From positions 128,001-192,000 of the forward strand of contig CAVOXA010000001.1 of the NCBI GenBank assembly GCA_963700285.1: a stretch of DNA of 64,000 bases, written 5' to 3'. Position 1 is the stretch's first letter. Every line of letters starts with the position of its first letter. The position numbers were made by a program, and so were the translations under genes. The stretch is from an uncultured Chloroflexia bacterium. Lineage in GTDB: Bacteria > Chloroflexota > Anaerolineae > JAAYZQ01. The notes under the pieces are model-generated. The model worked only from the letters and a program-made list of their open reading frames with translations, was not told the DNA's origin and ran no database searches. Below, piece after piece: positions 1-10,037 of the stretch.

Positions 1-60
1 ACTACCTGCGAACTGCAATCCGTCTTGAGCATCATACGGGGTTGGTTTGTACCTAAGGAT

Positions 61-1488
61 ATGACTCAGATTGTACGGGCCGAGCGCGCCGCCTATCGCT
101 ATCCACAGAACAATCATGGTCTGAGGCTCATCTCCCTGGCCATTGAGCCGGGGGAGCGGGTGCTGGTTGCCGGGCCGTCAGGCTGTGGCAAGAGTACCCT
201 GGTTCGCTGCCTGACGGGCCTCATCCCCCACCTCTATCATGGTACGCTGGAGGGTGAAGTGTGGCTGGATGGGCTGCGTACAGTCGATGCGCCCATGTGG
301 CAACTGGCCGAAAGGGCCGGGCTGGTTTTTCAGAATCCTGCCGCCCAGATGCTGGCCCAGTCTGTCGAAGAGGAGATCATCTTTGGTTTGGAGAACCTGG
401 GCCTGTCGCGAGAGATAATCCGCGAGCGATTGGATGCCACGCTGGACCTTTTTGGTCTGGAGTCGATGCGCAAACGGACGCCCCAGACCCTGTCCGGTGG
501 AGAGCAGCAGAAACTGGCTCTGGCGGCTACTACAGCCCGGCGTCCACAGGTCCTCGTGCTGGATGAGCCACTCTCGATGCTGGATGGTACAGCGGCAACC
601 GAGCTGGTTCAGCACCTGACCCACCTGGCGGACGCGGGTACGACGGTCGTCGTGTGCGAGCACCGTGAGGAGTACCTCGGGACGGTGCCCAAGCTGCGTA
701 CAGTAAGCCTCGAGGGTCCTACTGTCAAAGAGGCCGCGATCCCAAAGCTTGAGCCCTATCTCCATGAGCCTCAAGCTCGGAGGCTAGAAGTGAAGGGACT
801 GACGGTGGCCTTGGGCGGGCAGCCTGTCCTCCAGGATCTGAGCTTCTCGGCAGAGATGGGCCATGTGGTGGCCGTGGTGGGTCGCAATGGCGTGGGCAAA
901 ACTACGCTCCTTCGAGCCTTGGTCGGCCTGCAAAAACACGAAGGATCTATCACCATGAACGGTGGCCGTCCTGACCTGGGTATGGTCTTTCAAAACGCCG
1001 ATCTGCAGCTCTTCAATGCCACCGTCCGCGACGAAATCCTCTACCGGGTGCCCGAACCGGACATGGATCTCTATGGCTGGTTGCTGGAGGCGCTGGGACT
1101 TGCTCACTACGAGGGTGTGCCGCCCCTTCTGCTGAGTGAAGGCGAAAAGAAGCGGGTGGCGCTGGCCACGGTCCTCATGCGCCGGCCGCGCCATGGCCTG
1201 CTGCTCGATGAGCCGTCGCTGGGACAGGACGCGGCTCACAAGAAGCAATTGATCCGGGTGGCTCGCACGCTGGCCGAGGCTGGACAACTGGTGGTACTCA
1301 CCACCCACGATCTGACGCTGGCGGCGCAGGCTGACCGCGTGGCGCTGTTGGGGTCGGATGGCTTTGTGGCCCATGGACCGCCGGCTGAGGTCATGGACGA
1401 CGATGCCTCATGGGCACAGCTTGGCCTTTCGGTGCCCGACTGGGTCAAGCCCTCGGGCGTAAGGGCCGTGGAGGGGCTGGAAGTGTGA
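61..1488 (+). CDS. ECF transporter ATPase with two tandem ABC domains (EcfA/A' fusion)
   Basis: Two Walker A motifs (GPSGCGKS, GRNGVGKT), signatures LSGGEQQK and LSEGEKKR, VFQNP motif typical of CbiO/EcfA; ATG at 61 follows AAGGA. Confidence 0.9.
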   Translation: MTQIVRAERAAYRYPQNNHGLRLISLAIEPGERVLVAGPSGCGKSTLVRCLTGLIPHLYHGTLEGEVWLDGLRTVDAPMWQLAERAGLVFQNPAAQMLAQSVEEEIIFGLENLGLSREIIRERLDATLDLFGLESMRKRTPQTLSGGEQQKLALAATTARRPQVLVLDEPLSMLDGTAATELVQHLTHLADAGTTVVVCEHREEYLGTVPKLRTVSLEGPTVKEAAIPKLEPYLHEPQARRLEVKGLTVALGGQPVLQDLSFSAEMGHVVAVVGRNGVGKTTLLRALVGLQKHEGSITMNGGRPDLGMVFQNADLQLFNATVRDEILYRVPEPDMDLYGWLLEALGLAHYEGVPPLLLSEGEKKRVALATVLMRRPRHGLLLDEPSLGQDAAHKKQLIRVARTLAEAGQLVVLTTHDLTLAAQADRVALLGSDGFVAHGPPAEVMDDDASWAQLGLSVPDWVKPSGVRAVEGLEV

Positions 1489-2213
1489 TCAGACTGGGTA
1501 CGACCGGCCGAACGCGGAACCTGGTACTGCAGGAGGCTTCGCCCCTGCGCCAGGCCGATCCTCGTACCAAGTTGGCGCTGAGCCTGTGCGCCTCGTTGGC
1601 AGTAATGCTGACCCTGGAGAAGCTGGTGGTCTTTATTGCCTTCTACGCGCTGCTGCTGCTCTGGGCGCGGCTTTTGCCCGATGCAGCGCAGCAGATCTGG
1701 CGGCTCAAGTGGGTGCTCGTCGTGCTCTTTGTGGTGGATTGGCTGTTCGTAGGCCTGGATCTGGCCGTCATTGTGACCCTCAGGCTGATTCTGTTGGCGG
1801 CGGCCTTTTCCCTCTTTTTCGCCACAACCACGCCAGGTGAGCTGCGCCTGGCCCTGGAATGGTTTCGTGTGCCCTATCGATACGCCTTTGGGCTGGCCCT
1901 TGCTTTCCAGAGCGTGGGCCTGCTGGATGACGAGTGGCGGGGCATTATCGAGGCACAGCGTGCTCGGGGAGCATGGCCCTCCAAGCCACATTGGCGGGAG
2001 ATACTGGACTATGTACGAGATCTGGTGGCGCTGTCGGTGCCGGCCGTTGTGATGACCACCAAACGTGCCTGGGCCATGAACGAGGCGGCCTATGCACGGG
2101 GATTCGATTCGCCCCACCGGCGCTCCTACCATCAATTGACAATGGGCTGGCTGGACTGGGTGCTGTTGGTTGGTACGGTCGCTGCCACAGCGGCATTACT
2201 GGCCTGGAAGTAG
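1485..2213 (+). CDS. ecfT: ECF transporter transmembrane T component (EcfT/CbiQ family)
   Basis: DPRTKL, TTTPGEL, EAQRARG and ARGF motifs; GTG start overlaps the ATPase stop (GTGA). Confidence 0.85.
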   Translation: MIRLGTTGRTRNLVLQEASPLRQADPRTKLALSLCASLAVMLTLEKLVVFIAFYALLLLWARLLPDAAQQIWRLKWVLVVLFVVDWLFVGLDLAVIVTLRLILLAAAFSLFFATTTPGELRLALEWFRVPYRYAFGLALAFQSVGLLDDEWRGIIEAQRARGAWPSKPHWREILDYVRDLVALSVPAVVMTTKRAWAMNEAAYARGFDSPHRRSYHQLTMGWLDWVLLVGTVAATAALLAWK

Positions 2214-2306
2214 TGTCCGAGCCGCAGGTGGTTGGGGCAGCACTGTGTGCGAGTTCGCTGTCCAGGCATGTCGTGAAACTGGAGGCTGCGTAAATAGGGA
2301 GGCTGT

Positions 2307-2816
2307 ATGGCTCAACGAACCAGGATTTTGATCGGGGTTGCGATGCTCATCATTTTGGTGGTCGCGGTGCTGGGTATCGATCTGCTGCAGCGAGCCTCAA
2401 GAGAGCCCCAGGACCTTGCCAAAGGCGAGCCCACAGTTGCGGCGGGCAGCATCCCCATCCGCCTGGATGGCCGGCTGATGGGCAGTTTTGGCCCCACTGA
2501 CCTGGATACTCTCGAGATGGTGAGTTTTGTCGAAGCAGAGGAGGGCAAGACCGAGGAGGGCTGGCTGCTGCGAGATGCCCTCCTGCTCCACGTGGACGAT
2601 CAAGAACTCGAGCCGGACATGGTCATCGTCGTCAGCAGCAGCAGCCGGGACAAGGCAGCCGAACTGACCTGGGCGGAGGTGGATGACCCGGCCAACTGGG
2701 TGATGTTTGATCTCTCGGGCCGGGGTACGCTCAAGCTGGTGTCGGTGCTGGAGAGGCTGGACACGAGGGATGAGTGGGTGCAGGATGTGGATGGGATCGA
2801 GATCTCGAGCCCGTGA
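2307..2816 (+). CDS. Membrane-anchored or secreted hypothetical protein inside the ECF operon
   Basis: GGAGG RBS; N-terminal hydrophobic helix then an acidic soluble domain. Confidence 0.7.
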   Translation: MAQRTRILIGVAMLIILVVAVLGIDLLQRASREPQDLAKGEPTVAAGSIPIRLDGRLMGSFGPTDLDTLEMVSFVEAEEGKTEEGWLLRDALLLHVDDQELEPDMVIVVSSSSRDKAAELTWAEVDDPANWVMFDLSGRGTLKLVSVLERLDTRDEWVQDVDGIEISSP

Positions 2817-2885
2817 TGACTGACGGCAGACGACAGGCGGGTGTTTGGTCTGGGCCTTGTCCTTTGTCCATCCCTGGGGTGATCT

Positions 2886-3434
2886 ATGAAGGAGCGGTAT
2901 TTTTCGACTTTTGAACTCATCTTGATCGCGCTTTTTGCCGCACTGATTGTGGTGTCCAAGATCGCGCTGCGTCTGCCGCTACAATTGTCCGGCCACTCGG
3001 GGATCTTTTGGATGGCCATCGTCATCGTCGCCACTGGGGTTGTGCCCAAGGTGGGGACGGCCAGTCTGGTGGGTCTCACCTCTGGCTTGGTAGCTGCTTT
3101 CCTGGGCATGGGCGACTTTGGCGCGCTAAACACCTTCTTGTCGTATACGGCCGTGGGTGTCAGTACCGATCTGGCACTCCTGGTGCTGGGCCGCAACCCG
3201 GAAAACCCGGTCGTCGCCATGTTGGCGGGCGCCATTGGTCACTTTGGCAAGTTTCTGGTCAAGTATGGCTTTGCCACCCTGGCAGGAGCGCCGGTAGGGA
3301 TTGTCGTCCTCGGCCTGGCTCGGGGCATTGTGGGCTATATTGTCTTTGGGGCGCTGGGCGGACTGCTCGGCGCGTTCACGCTGCGGGCGCTGCGGCGAGC
3401 TGGCTTTTTTGCCTACCTGGCCGAGAAGAAATAG
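2886..3434 (+). CDS. ECF transporter S (substrate-specific) component
   Basis: 182 aa, about 6 TM helices, N-terminal IALFAAL (AxxxA) motif, co-operonic with ecfA/ecfT. Confidence 0.8.
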   Translation: MKERYFSTFELILIALFAALIVVSKIALRLPLQLSGHSGIFWMAIVIVATGVVPKVGTASLVGLTSGLVAAFLGMGDFGALNTFLSYTAVGVSTDLALLVLGRNPENPVVAMLAGAIGHFGKFLVKYGFATLAGAPVGIVVLGLARGIVGYIVFGALGGLLGAFTLRALRRAGFFAYLAEKK

Positions 3435-3435
3435 C

Positions 3436-3479
3436 GCTCAAAAACAGGGCCACCCCATGGGGTGGCCCTGTTTTTGAGC
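3436..3479. terminator. Bidirectional intrinsic terminator (perfect 44-bp palindrome)
   Basis: GCTCAAAAACAGGGCCACCCCA|TGGGGTGGCCCTGTTTTTGAGC between convergent genes; T-tracts on both strands. Confidence 0.85.
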
Positions 3480-3502
3480 AGTGCACAACCTGCCACTCGC
3501 AG

Positions 3503-4610
3503 CTAGTTTTCCTCGATCTTGATGGTCAGAATCGCGTCGCCGGGGAGGCCAGGGTTCTGCTGCGGATCACGCGGGGTTATCGCGTCCAAGATGTCCTGCC
3601 CCTCAATGACGCGCCCAAATACGGTGTGGCGATCATCCAGGTGGGGCGTGGCGTCGTAGGTGATAAAAAATTGGCTGCCGTTGGTGTTGGGACCAGAATT
3701 GGCCATCGAGAGCACGCCCGGTCCATCGTGGCGCAGCTCGGGATGGAATTCATCGGCAAAGCTGTAGCCGGGGCCGCCCGTGCCTGTCCCCGTGGGGTCG
3801 CCGCCCTGGGCCATGAATCCAGGCAACACCCGGTGGAAAGTCGTGTTGTCGTAGAAACCCTCGCCTGCCAGGAAAACAAAGCTATTGACGGTATTTGGCG
3901 CCTTGTCAGCATAGAGTTCGATCACGATCTCGCCATTTTCGGTCACGATGGTAGCTTGGTATGATTTGTCAGAGTCAATGGTCATCGGCGGCGGATCGGC
4001 ATAGATGCCGTTGCGCTGGGCGGGTTCCAGGTCGCCAGCCTTTTGCCCCGGCGCCAGGGTCGGAATTGGCTCTGGTTCCAGCAACCCCTGTTGGATGAAA
4101 AAGTCCTTTACGGCCACCCGCTCCGCCTCTGGTGCGAGCTCGATGGACTTAACCGCGGCTGAGACGGCCTCGTCGATGTCGCCTTTTTCCTGAAAGAGCA
4201 CAGCAAGATTGGCATAGTTGGCAAAATCATCGGGCGCCATCTCGAGCAAAATCTCGGTCTCGGCGATGGACTCGTCCAGCATTCCCTGCTGGAAATAGAC
4301 GTAGGCCAGCGCGGAATGGGCCTGGATATTCTCGGCATCTAGTTCGATGATCTGCTGGAAGGTCCCTTCAGCCCCGGCCAGATCTCCGCTGTTGATCTGT
4401 TGGCTGCCCTGAACCATGAGTTCCTCGACCGACTCTGCACCGGAGCCGGATTCGGGCGCGGCCGATGCTTCAGGCTCGATGGTTGTTTCCGGTATGTCTG
4501 TCGGTGCGGTCGTGGGCGCCGGCTCCACTGGTGGGTGTGGGACCCACCAGTGGGCCACAAGCTGCCAAGGACAATATCACAAAGGCCAAGAACACGGTTT
4601 GGATCTTCAT
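3503..4610 (-). CDS. Lipoprotein with TPR repeats and a C-terminal cyclophilin-type peptidyl-prolyl isomerase; one frameshift near 4530
   Basis: [22 protein letters not shown] and [17 protein letters not shown] cyclophilin motifs; ATG at 4610 gives [18 protein letters not shown] (lipobox), out of frame with the 3503-4558 ORF. Confidence 0.85.
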
Positions 4611-4715
4611 CTCTTTTCCTCTCTGCGCTTGGGAGTCGCGCGTCGTACTCGCCTGCGCCGCCTCCGGTGGGGGAGCATGCGGTCCCCGGGCTCCCAGGCC
4701 CGGATCAATGCGGGG

Positions 4716-4744
4716 ATTATACCAGGGTTGTTATCCTGGGTCAA
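4716..4744 (-). promoter_or_regulatory. Sigma70-type promoter for the PPIase gene
   Basis: TTGACC-17 bp-TATAAT on the minus strand. Confidence 0.7.
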
Positions 4745-4836
4745 GCACTCTGGTGTGGCAGGCGGGGGCAATCGCGCGTGGCTGGAAGCAGTACCGCACC
4801 ACTCTTACTGACGCTCCCAGATTGCTCGAGGTCAGG

Positions 4837-4906
4837 CTTCGCGGGAATGATAGGTTGGGGGAGTTGTGGTTTGCGGGGCATGGATTCCCACCGGCGCGGG
4901 AATGAC
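4837..4906. repeat. REP-like palindrome ATTCCC-N8-GGGAAT plus a half copy
   Basis: GGATTCCCACCGGCGCGGGAATGAC at 4882-4906 and CTTCGCGGGAATGA at 4837-4850. Confidence 0.55.
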
Positions 4907-4936
4907 GGGTCCCCCCCGAAGAGAAGCGGGGTGAAG

Positions 4937-6112
4937 CTAGGGATAGACCTGTACCCAATCGCCGGCCGCTACCTGAAAGATATAGATCTTTTGTTCCTGC
5001 AAATCACCTTCGGTGGAAAAGCTCAATGTACCCAGCGGCGTCTCGAGACCAGCCAGACCACGGATGGCTTCGGCAACCTGGGCTGCATCAAAGGTCTTGG
5101 CCTGCCTCACGCCCTCGGCCAGTACCTCCAGGGCGCTGTAGCCGTTGATGCTGTAGGTATCGGGGTTGCGGTACTCGACAGCCTGGTAGGCTTTGATCCA
5201 TGCCTCGTCGACAGCAGCCTGGGGACGGGGCCCAAAAGCAGAGACATACATCCCCTCAGCAGCACTGCCAGCCTCATCGATGGTGGCCGCCAAAAAGGCG
5301 CCATCGCTGGCCAGGAAGGGAGCCGTCAGCCCGGCCTCCACCAGCTCGATACGCAAATAAGGCGCTTCTATCTCATAGCCCGCATAAAAGACCGCGTCGG
5401 GTTGGGCAGCCAAGATCTGCGAGACCTCGTCTGGGAAGGTAGACTGCTCTACGGCGACCTGTAGGGACAGCACCACTTCTGCGCCCAGGGACTGCAGCTC
5501 GCTGGCCATCAGTTGGCCAAGGCCCTGGCCATACGGGTCATCGTTGTAGATGACGGCTATCTTTTTCGCTCCCAGGTTGTTGACCAGGAACTCGGCGTCC
5601 ACACGGGCTTGCGTTGCGTCGTTGGCGTTGACCCGAAAAAAGTTCCGGTAGCCTGCTTGGGTCAGGCTCACCTCGCTGGAGGTGGGGGTGATGACTACCA
5701 CTGGCAGATCCTCATAGACTTCCATGGCTGCCAGCGTCTGACCGCTGTTCAAGTGGCCGATTACGCCCAAAACCTTTTTGCCCTGGTTGATGGCGGATCC
5801 GACCTCGCCAGCAATGTCCACGGCTACGCCGGAATCAGCCTCGTCGTCCAGGCCCACGACTGTTACCTTGTAGTCCAACAATCCGCCAGCGCGGTTGATC
5901 TCCTCGGCAGCCAGGCGCGCCCCACCCAAGACCGTCTGTCCTCCATTGGCCATAAAGCCTGACAATGGCACGGCGACGTAGACGATGGCCTCACCCTTGT
6001 TTGGCTCTTTGGGCGCGCCACAGGCGCTCAACAGCAGGCAGCAAACAGCGAGCAACAAGATTGGTAGTTTGACTCGATCGTACAAGGGCCATAGTCCCTT
6101 CATGGATTTCAC
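4937..6112 (-). CDS. Branched-chain amino acid (LivJ/LivK-type) substrate-binding lipoprotein
   Basis: Lipobox LLSAC; GARLAAEEIN, VIGHLNSG, FFRV, DDPYGQGL motifs. Confidence 0.85.
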   Translation of the reverse strand: MKSMKGLWPLYDRVKLPILLLAVCCLLLSACGAPKEPNKGEAIVYVAVPLSGFMANGGQTVLGGARLAAEEINRAGGLLDYKVTVVGLDDEADSGVAVDIAGEVGSAINQGKKVLGVIGHLNSGQTLAAMEVYEDLPVVVITPTSSEVSLTQAGYRNFFRVNANDATQARVDAEFLVNNLGAKKIAVIYNDDPYGQGLGQLMASELQSLGAEVVLSLQVAVEQSTFPDEVSQILAAQPDAVFYAGYEIEAPYLRIELVEAGLTAPFLASDGAFLAATIDEAGSAAEGMYVSAFGPRPQAAVDEAWIKAYQAVEYRNPDTYSINGYSALEVLAEGVRQAKTFDAAQVAEAIRGLAGLETPLGTLSFSTEGDLQEQKIYIFQVAAGDWVQVYP

Positions 6113-6120
6113 CTTCTGCC

Positions 6121-6999
6121 TCAGGGTCTGGAGCCCGACGGGCTCAGACCCAGGCCCAATGGATCAGTACCGGCCTGGTAGATCTGGTCCATGGTATGAA
6201 CCACATCTTGCAGGGCCTGGACTTGATCGGCGATGTCCTGTTGCAGGCGCTGAGCGCGGCCTGAGGCCACGTCCCGCGAGTTGAGGATCATCATCTGCGA
6301 GTAGACAGTGCCCATGGCCGTGATTGTGCTCTCCAGTTGAAACTCGGCCTGCTCCATGACGGTCTGTAGTTTGCGGAGGTTGTCCCGCTGGATCTGCCGC
6401 TGGGCAATGGCTTGGCTAATCTGGCGCTTGACGGCATCGTCGTCCTCCAGAGCGAGGCGCTTCTTGAGCCCATCAATGGCAGGTCCCACGGCCTGCATGT
6501 CCCTGTGGATCGTCTCATCGGCCTCATAGTCATCCAGACGCCTGGCCAGCTGAAAGACGTTTTCCATCCAGGCAGTCATGTCTTGGCTAACATCGGCCAT
6601 GTGGCTGCGCAGCACGCCCTCACGGCTGCCATCGATGGCGATGCCGATCCGGTCGCGATACTCAAGCGCCTGCTCGACCTGCCCACGCCGCTTTTTGTTC
6701 TTGATGTCCCGGGCGTCGAACTTGTCGTGGAACATTTCGGCCACAGCTTTGGCCCGGAACGCGGGATCCTTGATGCTGCTCCACACCATTGCCGCTTCGC
6801 CTAACGCACCCAGGGCGAGCCAAAACCACCACTGCCAGAACGGGAACAGCGCCGGTATCACCCCGGCCAAGGTCAGCGCCGCCAGCCCAACAGTCAGGGC
6901 GATGATCACGGCGCTCTCCCAACGATAGATGGCGCGGGTCAGGATTGCGCGGGTCGCCTTCCGCTCAAGTTCTTTCTGGAAGCTGTTGTTTGCCATCAT
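6121..6999 (-). CDS. Two-TM protein with a long C-terminal coiled coil (XpaC-like architecture)
   Basis: Two N-terminal TM helices then heptad-rich helices; abuts the VWA gene (2-bp gap) and the livJ-like gene (8-bp gap). Confidence 0.75.
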   Translation of the reverse strand: MMANNSFQKELERKATRAILTRAIYRWESAVIIALTVGLAALTLAGVIPALFPFWQWWFWLALGALGEAAMVWSSIKDPAFRAKAVAEMFHDKFDARDIKNKKRRGQVEQALEYRDRIGIAIDGSREGVLRSHMADVSQDMTAWMENVFQLARRLDDYEADETIHRDMQAVGPAIDGLKKRLALEDDDAVKRQISQAIAQRQIQRDNLRKLQTVMEQAEFQLESTITAMGTVYSQMMILNSRDVASGRAQRLQQDIADQVQALQDVVHTMDQIYQAGTDPLGLGLSPSGSRP

Positions 7000-7001
7000 G
7001 C

Positions 7002-8720
7002 TTAGAAATAGGTGGATAGGATCTTGTACAGATCCTCGATCGTCTCCAGGTCCCCCTGGCGAACCTGGCCGCCCGTTGACTCGGCGATGATGCGCAATAC
7101 CTGCATGTCCGCATCCTGGCCGTAGGCGATGGCAAAGACGACCACAGGAACTCCCGAATCATCCCTGAGTTCTTGAACCAAGTTGCTCAGGCTGATCCAA
7201 GAGTTATTCTCCCTACCATCCGTCATTACGACGACGGCGTTGATCCGTTCCCCGTCGCCCATCTCTTTGAGTTGCTGTTGGGCAACATATGTGGCGTCCA
7301 GCAGGGCAGTATCGCCTTCGGCCTCCAGACTGTCAACTGCCAGTTCCAGCGCGGTACGGTTGCGGCTCAGTTCATCCAGAGACACTATTGTGTTCACCTG
7401 CGACGCAAACTCGATCAACCCCACCCGCTCCTGCTCGCCCTTGATCTGGTCAAGAAAGATGCGCAGCGCCTCCTGGGCCTGGGCCAGCTTCTCGTCCCGC
7501 ATGCTTCCCGAAGTATCTACTACCAGGTAGACGTTGGTGTGGCGCTTGGTGTACCACCAAACGTCGCGCACCACTTCGATGATGCTGGCATTGGGCACTT
7601 GGAGTGACGTCTTGGGCTCGGACGGATCCACGCCATTGGGCGCTGTCAGTGGCGACGCAGGCCCGTCCAAAGGGATGGAGAGATCGGCTGGCCGGTATCC
7701 ATAGCTCAGGATGATCTGCTGCGCTTCAGGTGAGAGCAGGTAATCGCGGAACTGGGCAAAGGTCTGACGCTGGAGTGGGGTCAGGTCGCCGGTTTCTAGC
7801 AGGGCCAACGGGTGATCTTCCCACAGGGCGCCCTCGGCGGGGTGGATCGCGACCAGTTTCTCCTGCCCTCCTCCCCGTCGCGTGTTAAAGTGGATCACCA
7901 TCTGTTCCTGGACGACAAAGGCGTCCAAAAAATCGCGTCCTTCCAACAACGCTCTCTCAATGATGGCTGGTTCGTCGCCCTCACCATAGTAGCGCACGGT
8001 CTTTTCCAGCGCGGCCACATAGTCCAAGGTCTCCTGGGCCGTGACATCTTTGATGGTCAGTCCCCGAGTCTTGCCCGCACCGGCATAGAACTCGGCAAGG
8101 GTGGCCAGCAGGCCACTGGCGGAACTGGTGGATGGGTGGCTCCACCGGAAATCGGGATCAGCCTGTGCCCGGTCGAGCAGATCCTGCCAACTGATGGGCT
8201 GGTCGGGCCAGCCCATCTCACGGGCAACCCCTTCCCACATGGCAATGACCACCGGACTGACGGCGTAGCGCGCCGTTTCACCTACCGCCTCGCTGCCAGC
8301 CTGTTCATACCAGGCACTGTCAAGCTGCCCCAACCATACGGACGAGTCGGGCGTCATCACCTGGAAAGAAGCGCCTCCCTCAAGTACGGTATTGACCATC
8401 GCCTCGGGATCAAGCGGCACGGCATCGACCGTCACGCTCTGCCCCTCTGCCGTTTCCAGTCCTTGTTCATTGAACCGGTCCACCAATTCCCTGAAAACCG
8501 GTTCTTTCTCCGGTGAATAGGAAATGGTCAGGGCCGCTTCTGGAGCGGGGATGGTTGGCTCTTCGTCGCCATCGAATAGCCGGCTGAGTAGCGCGTAGGT
8601 GCCACAGCAGAGGCCGATCATCAAGAACAGGAGGACGAGTAGCACGACCAGTACCGTGCGCACATTCGAGTCCGAACGCTGTCTAGAACTCCTACTCATT
8701 CTTGCCTGCCTTTTCATCAC
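7002..8720 (-). CDS. Membrane-anchored solute-binding domain fused to a C-terminal VWA domain
   Basis: N-terminal TM; SPVVIAMW, HPSTSSASG and DHP SBP motifs; intact MIDAS DTSGSM...TALLDA...MTDGREN. Confidence 0.88.
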   Translation of the reverse strand: MMKRQARMSRSSRQRSDSNVRTVLVVLLVLLFLMIGLCCGTYALLSRLFDGDEEPTIPAPEAALTISYSPEKEPVFRELVDRFNEQGLETAEGQSVTVDAVPLDPEAMVNTVLEGGASFQVMTPDSSVWLGQLDSAWYEQAGSEAVGETARYAVSPVVIAMWEGVAREMGWPDQPISWQDLLDRAQADPDFRWSHPSTSSASGLLATLAEFYAGAGKTRGLTIKDVTAQETLDYVAALEKTVRYYGEGDEPAIIERALLEGRDFLDAFVVQEQMVIHFNTRRGGGQEKLVAIHPAEGALWEDHPLALLETGDLTPLQRQTFAQFRDYLLSPEAQQIILSYGYRPADLSIPLDGPASPLTAPNGVDPSEPKTSLQVPNASIIEVVRDVWWYTKRHTNVYLVVDTSGSMRDEKLAQAQEALRIFLDQIKGEQERVGLIEFASQVNTIVSLDELSRNRTALELAVDSLEAEGDTALLDATYVAQQQLKEMGDGERINAVVVMTDGRENNSWISLSNLVQELRDDSGVPVVVFAIAYGQDADMQVLRIIAESTGGQVRQGDLETIEDLYKILSTYF

Positions 8721-8794
8721 ACCCAGACTCCAAGACCTGTGGTTCTCAAGATAGGGATGGTGAAGGCCGGGTGCGGGCTATGGGATGTTGGACG

Positions 8795-9985
8795 TTATCG
8801 TCCAGCCACGTTGAGATCGAACCAGCGCAACAGAGCCTGGAGTACGTCCCTATCGGGCGATCGCATGGCCGTGGTACGGGGGACCACTCCGAGCACACCC
8901 TGGCTTGCCCATTGGTCAAAGAGGCTGTCCTCGCCGGTCACTGGCACCTCGGGGTTCGCCGGTCGCAGGCCATAGGCCAGCGCCTGTTTTTGTACTTTCT
9001 CTGACAACAGGTATCTTTCAAATTCCAATGCGGCGTTCTTTTCAGCGGCCGATGTCTCGGGGCCCATCCACACCGTAAAAGGAAAATCAAACCAGGTCAC
9101 ATATTCTGGGTATACGAGGCGTAACGGATCGGCCCAGCGGGTCTGGATGCCCTGCATGTTGACCAGCAGGTCGCTCTCGAGCAATTGCCCGGCATCTCCG
9201 GTCGTGTAGCCAAAGAGGGCCAGGTCAGACACAGTATAGGTCCCGCCCGACAGGTCGCTCATGGAACTCATGATCTCGCCCAGCCAGGCTTGGAACTCTG
9301 GATCGGTCACGTCCTCGACGCTAATGTTGGTCCGGCCATAGTACTCACCAGCTGCCGCAACCATGGCCGCCAGACCACTGATGTTCTTACGTGGATTGGA
9401 TATGGCCAACTTGAAGTAGCCCCAATCGCTCTCTCCTTCCAGCTCCCCCCAGCCACCAGGGGCGATGGCCGCGTCGTGGATCGTTTGCCAGGAGATCTCG
9501 TCGTATCGTTCTTCCAGCACGTCCGCACGACTGTCATAGATGCCCCAGGCTAGCAGCGAGATGGCCAGTGGCCGCGCACGATACTCCCCATCGGTAAGAA
9601 AGACGTCACGGCCTAGCCGTTCCTTGTAGGCCGCGTTGACCAGTTCCACCAGGTAGCGGCTGTCGGGGATCCAGACGGTAGGCAAGGGGTCCAGTTCATC
9701 CCGTTCGTAACGCCCTTTAGCGGTCAGACCATCCATGGGAGTGACTGTCACCTGGATAGGGCGGCCTTCCAGCGTATGCCCTTCAGCGTTGAACTGGTGG
9801 GCAGCTTCTTGTACCCAGTCCGCCACTGGCAAAGCGGAAGCGATCTGTACTTCCAAGGTCTCGTCACTGGCCTCGGGCGCCAGCGGGTCTGGCTGTTTGT
9901 TCACCTGACTCCAGATCAACCCGCCAGCGACGATCACGATGGCCAGGCCAATGATCACAAAGAAAATGATGCGTGTTCGGTTCAT
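8795..9985 (-). CDS. Membrane-anchored solute-binding-fold protein, paralogous to the SBP part of the VWA protein
   Basis: N-terminal TM; VWIPDS, ISWQ, FDFPF and YLLS..VQ..ALAYGLRPA align by eye with 7002-8720. Confidence 0.8.
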   Translation of the reverse strand: MNRTRIIFFVIIGLAIVIVAGGLIWSQVNKQPDPLAPEASDETLEVQIASALPVADWVQEAAHQFNAEGHTLEGRPIQVTVTPMDGLTAKGRYERDELDPLPTVWIPDSRYLVELVNAAYKERLGRDVFLTDGEYRARPLAISLLAWGIYDSRADVLEERYDEISWQTIHDAAIAPGGWGELEGESDWGYFKLAISNPRKNISGLAAMVAAAGEYYGRTNISVEDVTDPEFQAWLGEIMSSMSDLSGGTYTVSDLALFGYTTGDAGQLLESDLLVNMQGIQTRWADPLRLVYPEYVTWFDFPFTVWMGPETSAAEKNAALEFERYLLSEKVQKQALAYGLRPANPEVPVTGEDSLFDQWASQGVLGVVPRTTAMRSPDRDVLQALLRWFDLNVAGR

Positions 9986-10037
9986 AACCGTGTCCTTAAT
10001 GCCTCAAGAATCCTGCATTACTCCATCGCACCGAATA

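Noticed and set aside
3436-3479. 44-bp palindrome as a mobile element end or telomere-resolution site
   Set aside because: Position between convergent genes and symmetric T-tracts fit a bidirectional terminator
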